Below the pieces are notes generated by a model. The model worked only from the letters and a program-made list of their open reading frames with translations. It was not told the DNA's origin and did no database searches. The position numbers and the translations under genes were made by a program. A stretch of DNA of 28,823 bases from Candidatus Eiseniibacteriota bacterium. GTDB lineage: Bacteria; ARS69. Shown here one piece after another: positions 27,954 through 28,823 of the stretch. Where the stretch lies: NCBI GenBank assembly GCA_052390515.1, contig JBQTGV010000094.1, forward strand, positions 1 through 28,823, in the 5' to 3' direction. Each line of letters begins with the position of its first letter. Positions within the stretch are counted from its first letter, which is position 1.

Positions 27954-28688
27954 GTGAAGCAGCTTCTGCTGGCCGCGATCGTGACCGTGTCCTTCGTTTC
28001 GATGCTCGCCGGGTGCTCCGACGAAGCCTCCGCGCCGAGCGAGCCCGACGCCTCCGCCGCGCTGTCGCCCGGCGTCACCGAGGCGGGGCCAATCCTCGCC
28101 TACGAGGTGACGATCGAGAACCTGACGCCGGCGACCGGCATGGGCGCGAGCCAGGTGCTCTCGCCGCCGGTCCTGGCGACGCATCGCCCCGCCGTGCGCA
28201 TGTTCCGCGTGGGCCGGGTCGCTTCGTCCGAGCTCGCACAGATCGCGGAGGACGCCGTCAACCAGCCGATGCTGGACCTGCTCGGGGCGTCCGAGCACGT
28301 GCACGCGGTGGCGCAGGGCGGCGGGGTCATCCTGCCAGGGCACAGCGCCAGCTACCGGATCGAGACCGCACCGGGATTCCCGTTCCTGTCGCTCGCCACC
28401 ATGCTCGTCAACACGAACGACGCCTTCACCGGACTGGACTCGTTCCGCCTCCCCCGCCGAGGCGAGGAACACGTTCTGGCCGGGGCCTGGGACGCCGGCT
28501 CCGAGACCAACACCGAGCTCGTCGCGCACATTCCCGGGCCGTGCTGCGGGAACCCGCTCGTTCGTGTCCCGACCGACGACCCGATCCAGCCGCATCGCGG
28601 CATCCAGGGCGTGGGCGACCTGAACCCCGCCGTGTGGGGATGGGACGGACCGGTGGCGAGGATCACGGTGCGCCGCGTGGAGGACTGA
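27954..28688 (+). CDS. Spondin-domain lipoprotein
   Basis: Lipobox LAGC; YEVTIENLT...Q-LSP...IAED...LSLATMLVNTNDAFTG...WDAGSETN. Confidence 0.85.
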   Translation: MKQLLLAAIVTVSFVSMLAGCSDEASAPSEPDASAALSPGVTEAGPILAYEVTIENLTPATGMGASQVLSPPVLATHRPAVRMFRVGRVASSELAQIAEDAVNQPMLDLLGASEHVHAVAQGGGVILPGHSASYRIETAPGFPFLSLATMLVNTNDAFTGLDSFRLPRRGEEHVLAGAWDAGSETNTELVAHIPGPCCGNPLVRVPTDDPIQPHRGIQGVGDLNPAVWGWDGPVARITVRRVED

Positions 28689-28823
28689 CTGAGCACCCGC
28701 GCGGGCATCACCGGGGCGAGGCGTACCCGGTGCGCCCCGCGGCGCACCGTGATCCTCGCCACCGGTCCGTCCCATCCCCACACGGCGGGGTTCAGGTCGC
28801 CCACGCCCTGGATGCCGCGATGC
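28592..28823. repeat. Perfect inverted repeat, 28592-28677 vs 28738-28823, reaching the window end
   Basis: The final 86 bp are the exact reverse complement of the spondin gene 3' region. Confidence 0.9.

Overview
High-GC bacterial window. An FlgD-Ig-type C-terminal domain, a C-terminal 'SWGxVKxLF' tail and rplM-rpsI-rpsB-tsf linkage suggest an FCB-group or candidate-phylum organism (inference only). The right half holds the conserved cluster mtnA-rplM-rpsI-rpsB-tsf-pyrH-frr-uppS-cdsA-dxr-rseP, followed by an ECF sigma/FecR/rhomboid/spondin locus. The left half is accessory. Its most striking content is a putative undescribed peptide system with three parts. First, four small genes encode double-glycine-leader precursors, each with a 31-aa core; three lie in duplicated promoter-UTR-gene-terminator cassettes. 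Second, an operon encodes a papain/transglutaminase-like-ClpN fusion, an atypical ECF sigma factor with an apparent ~90-aa insertion in region 4, and a soluble zinc-finger anti-sigma. Third, the exactly spaced motif CCCCCGAGAACCC-N12-CGTA precedes all four peptide genes and the anti-sigma gene, tying these into one probable regulon. A second ECF-like motif, G(G/T)CACAG-N13-CGCATA, links the second sigma factor to the spondin lipoprotein. The last 86 bp are an inverted copy of nearby sequence, probably an assembly or read artefact.
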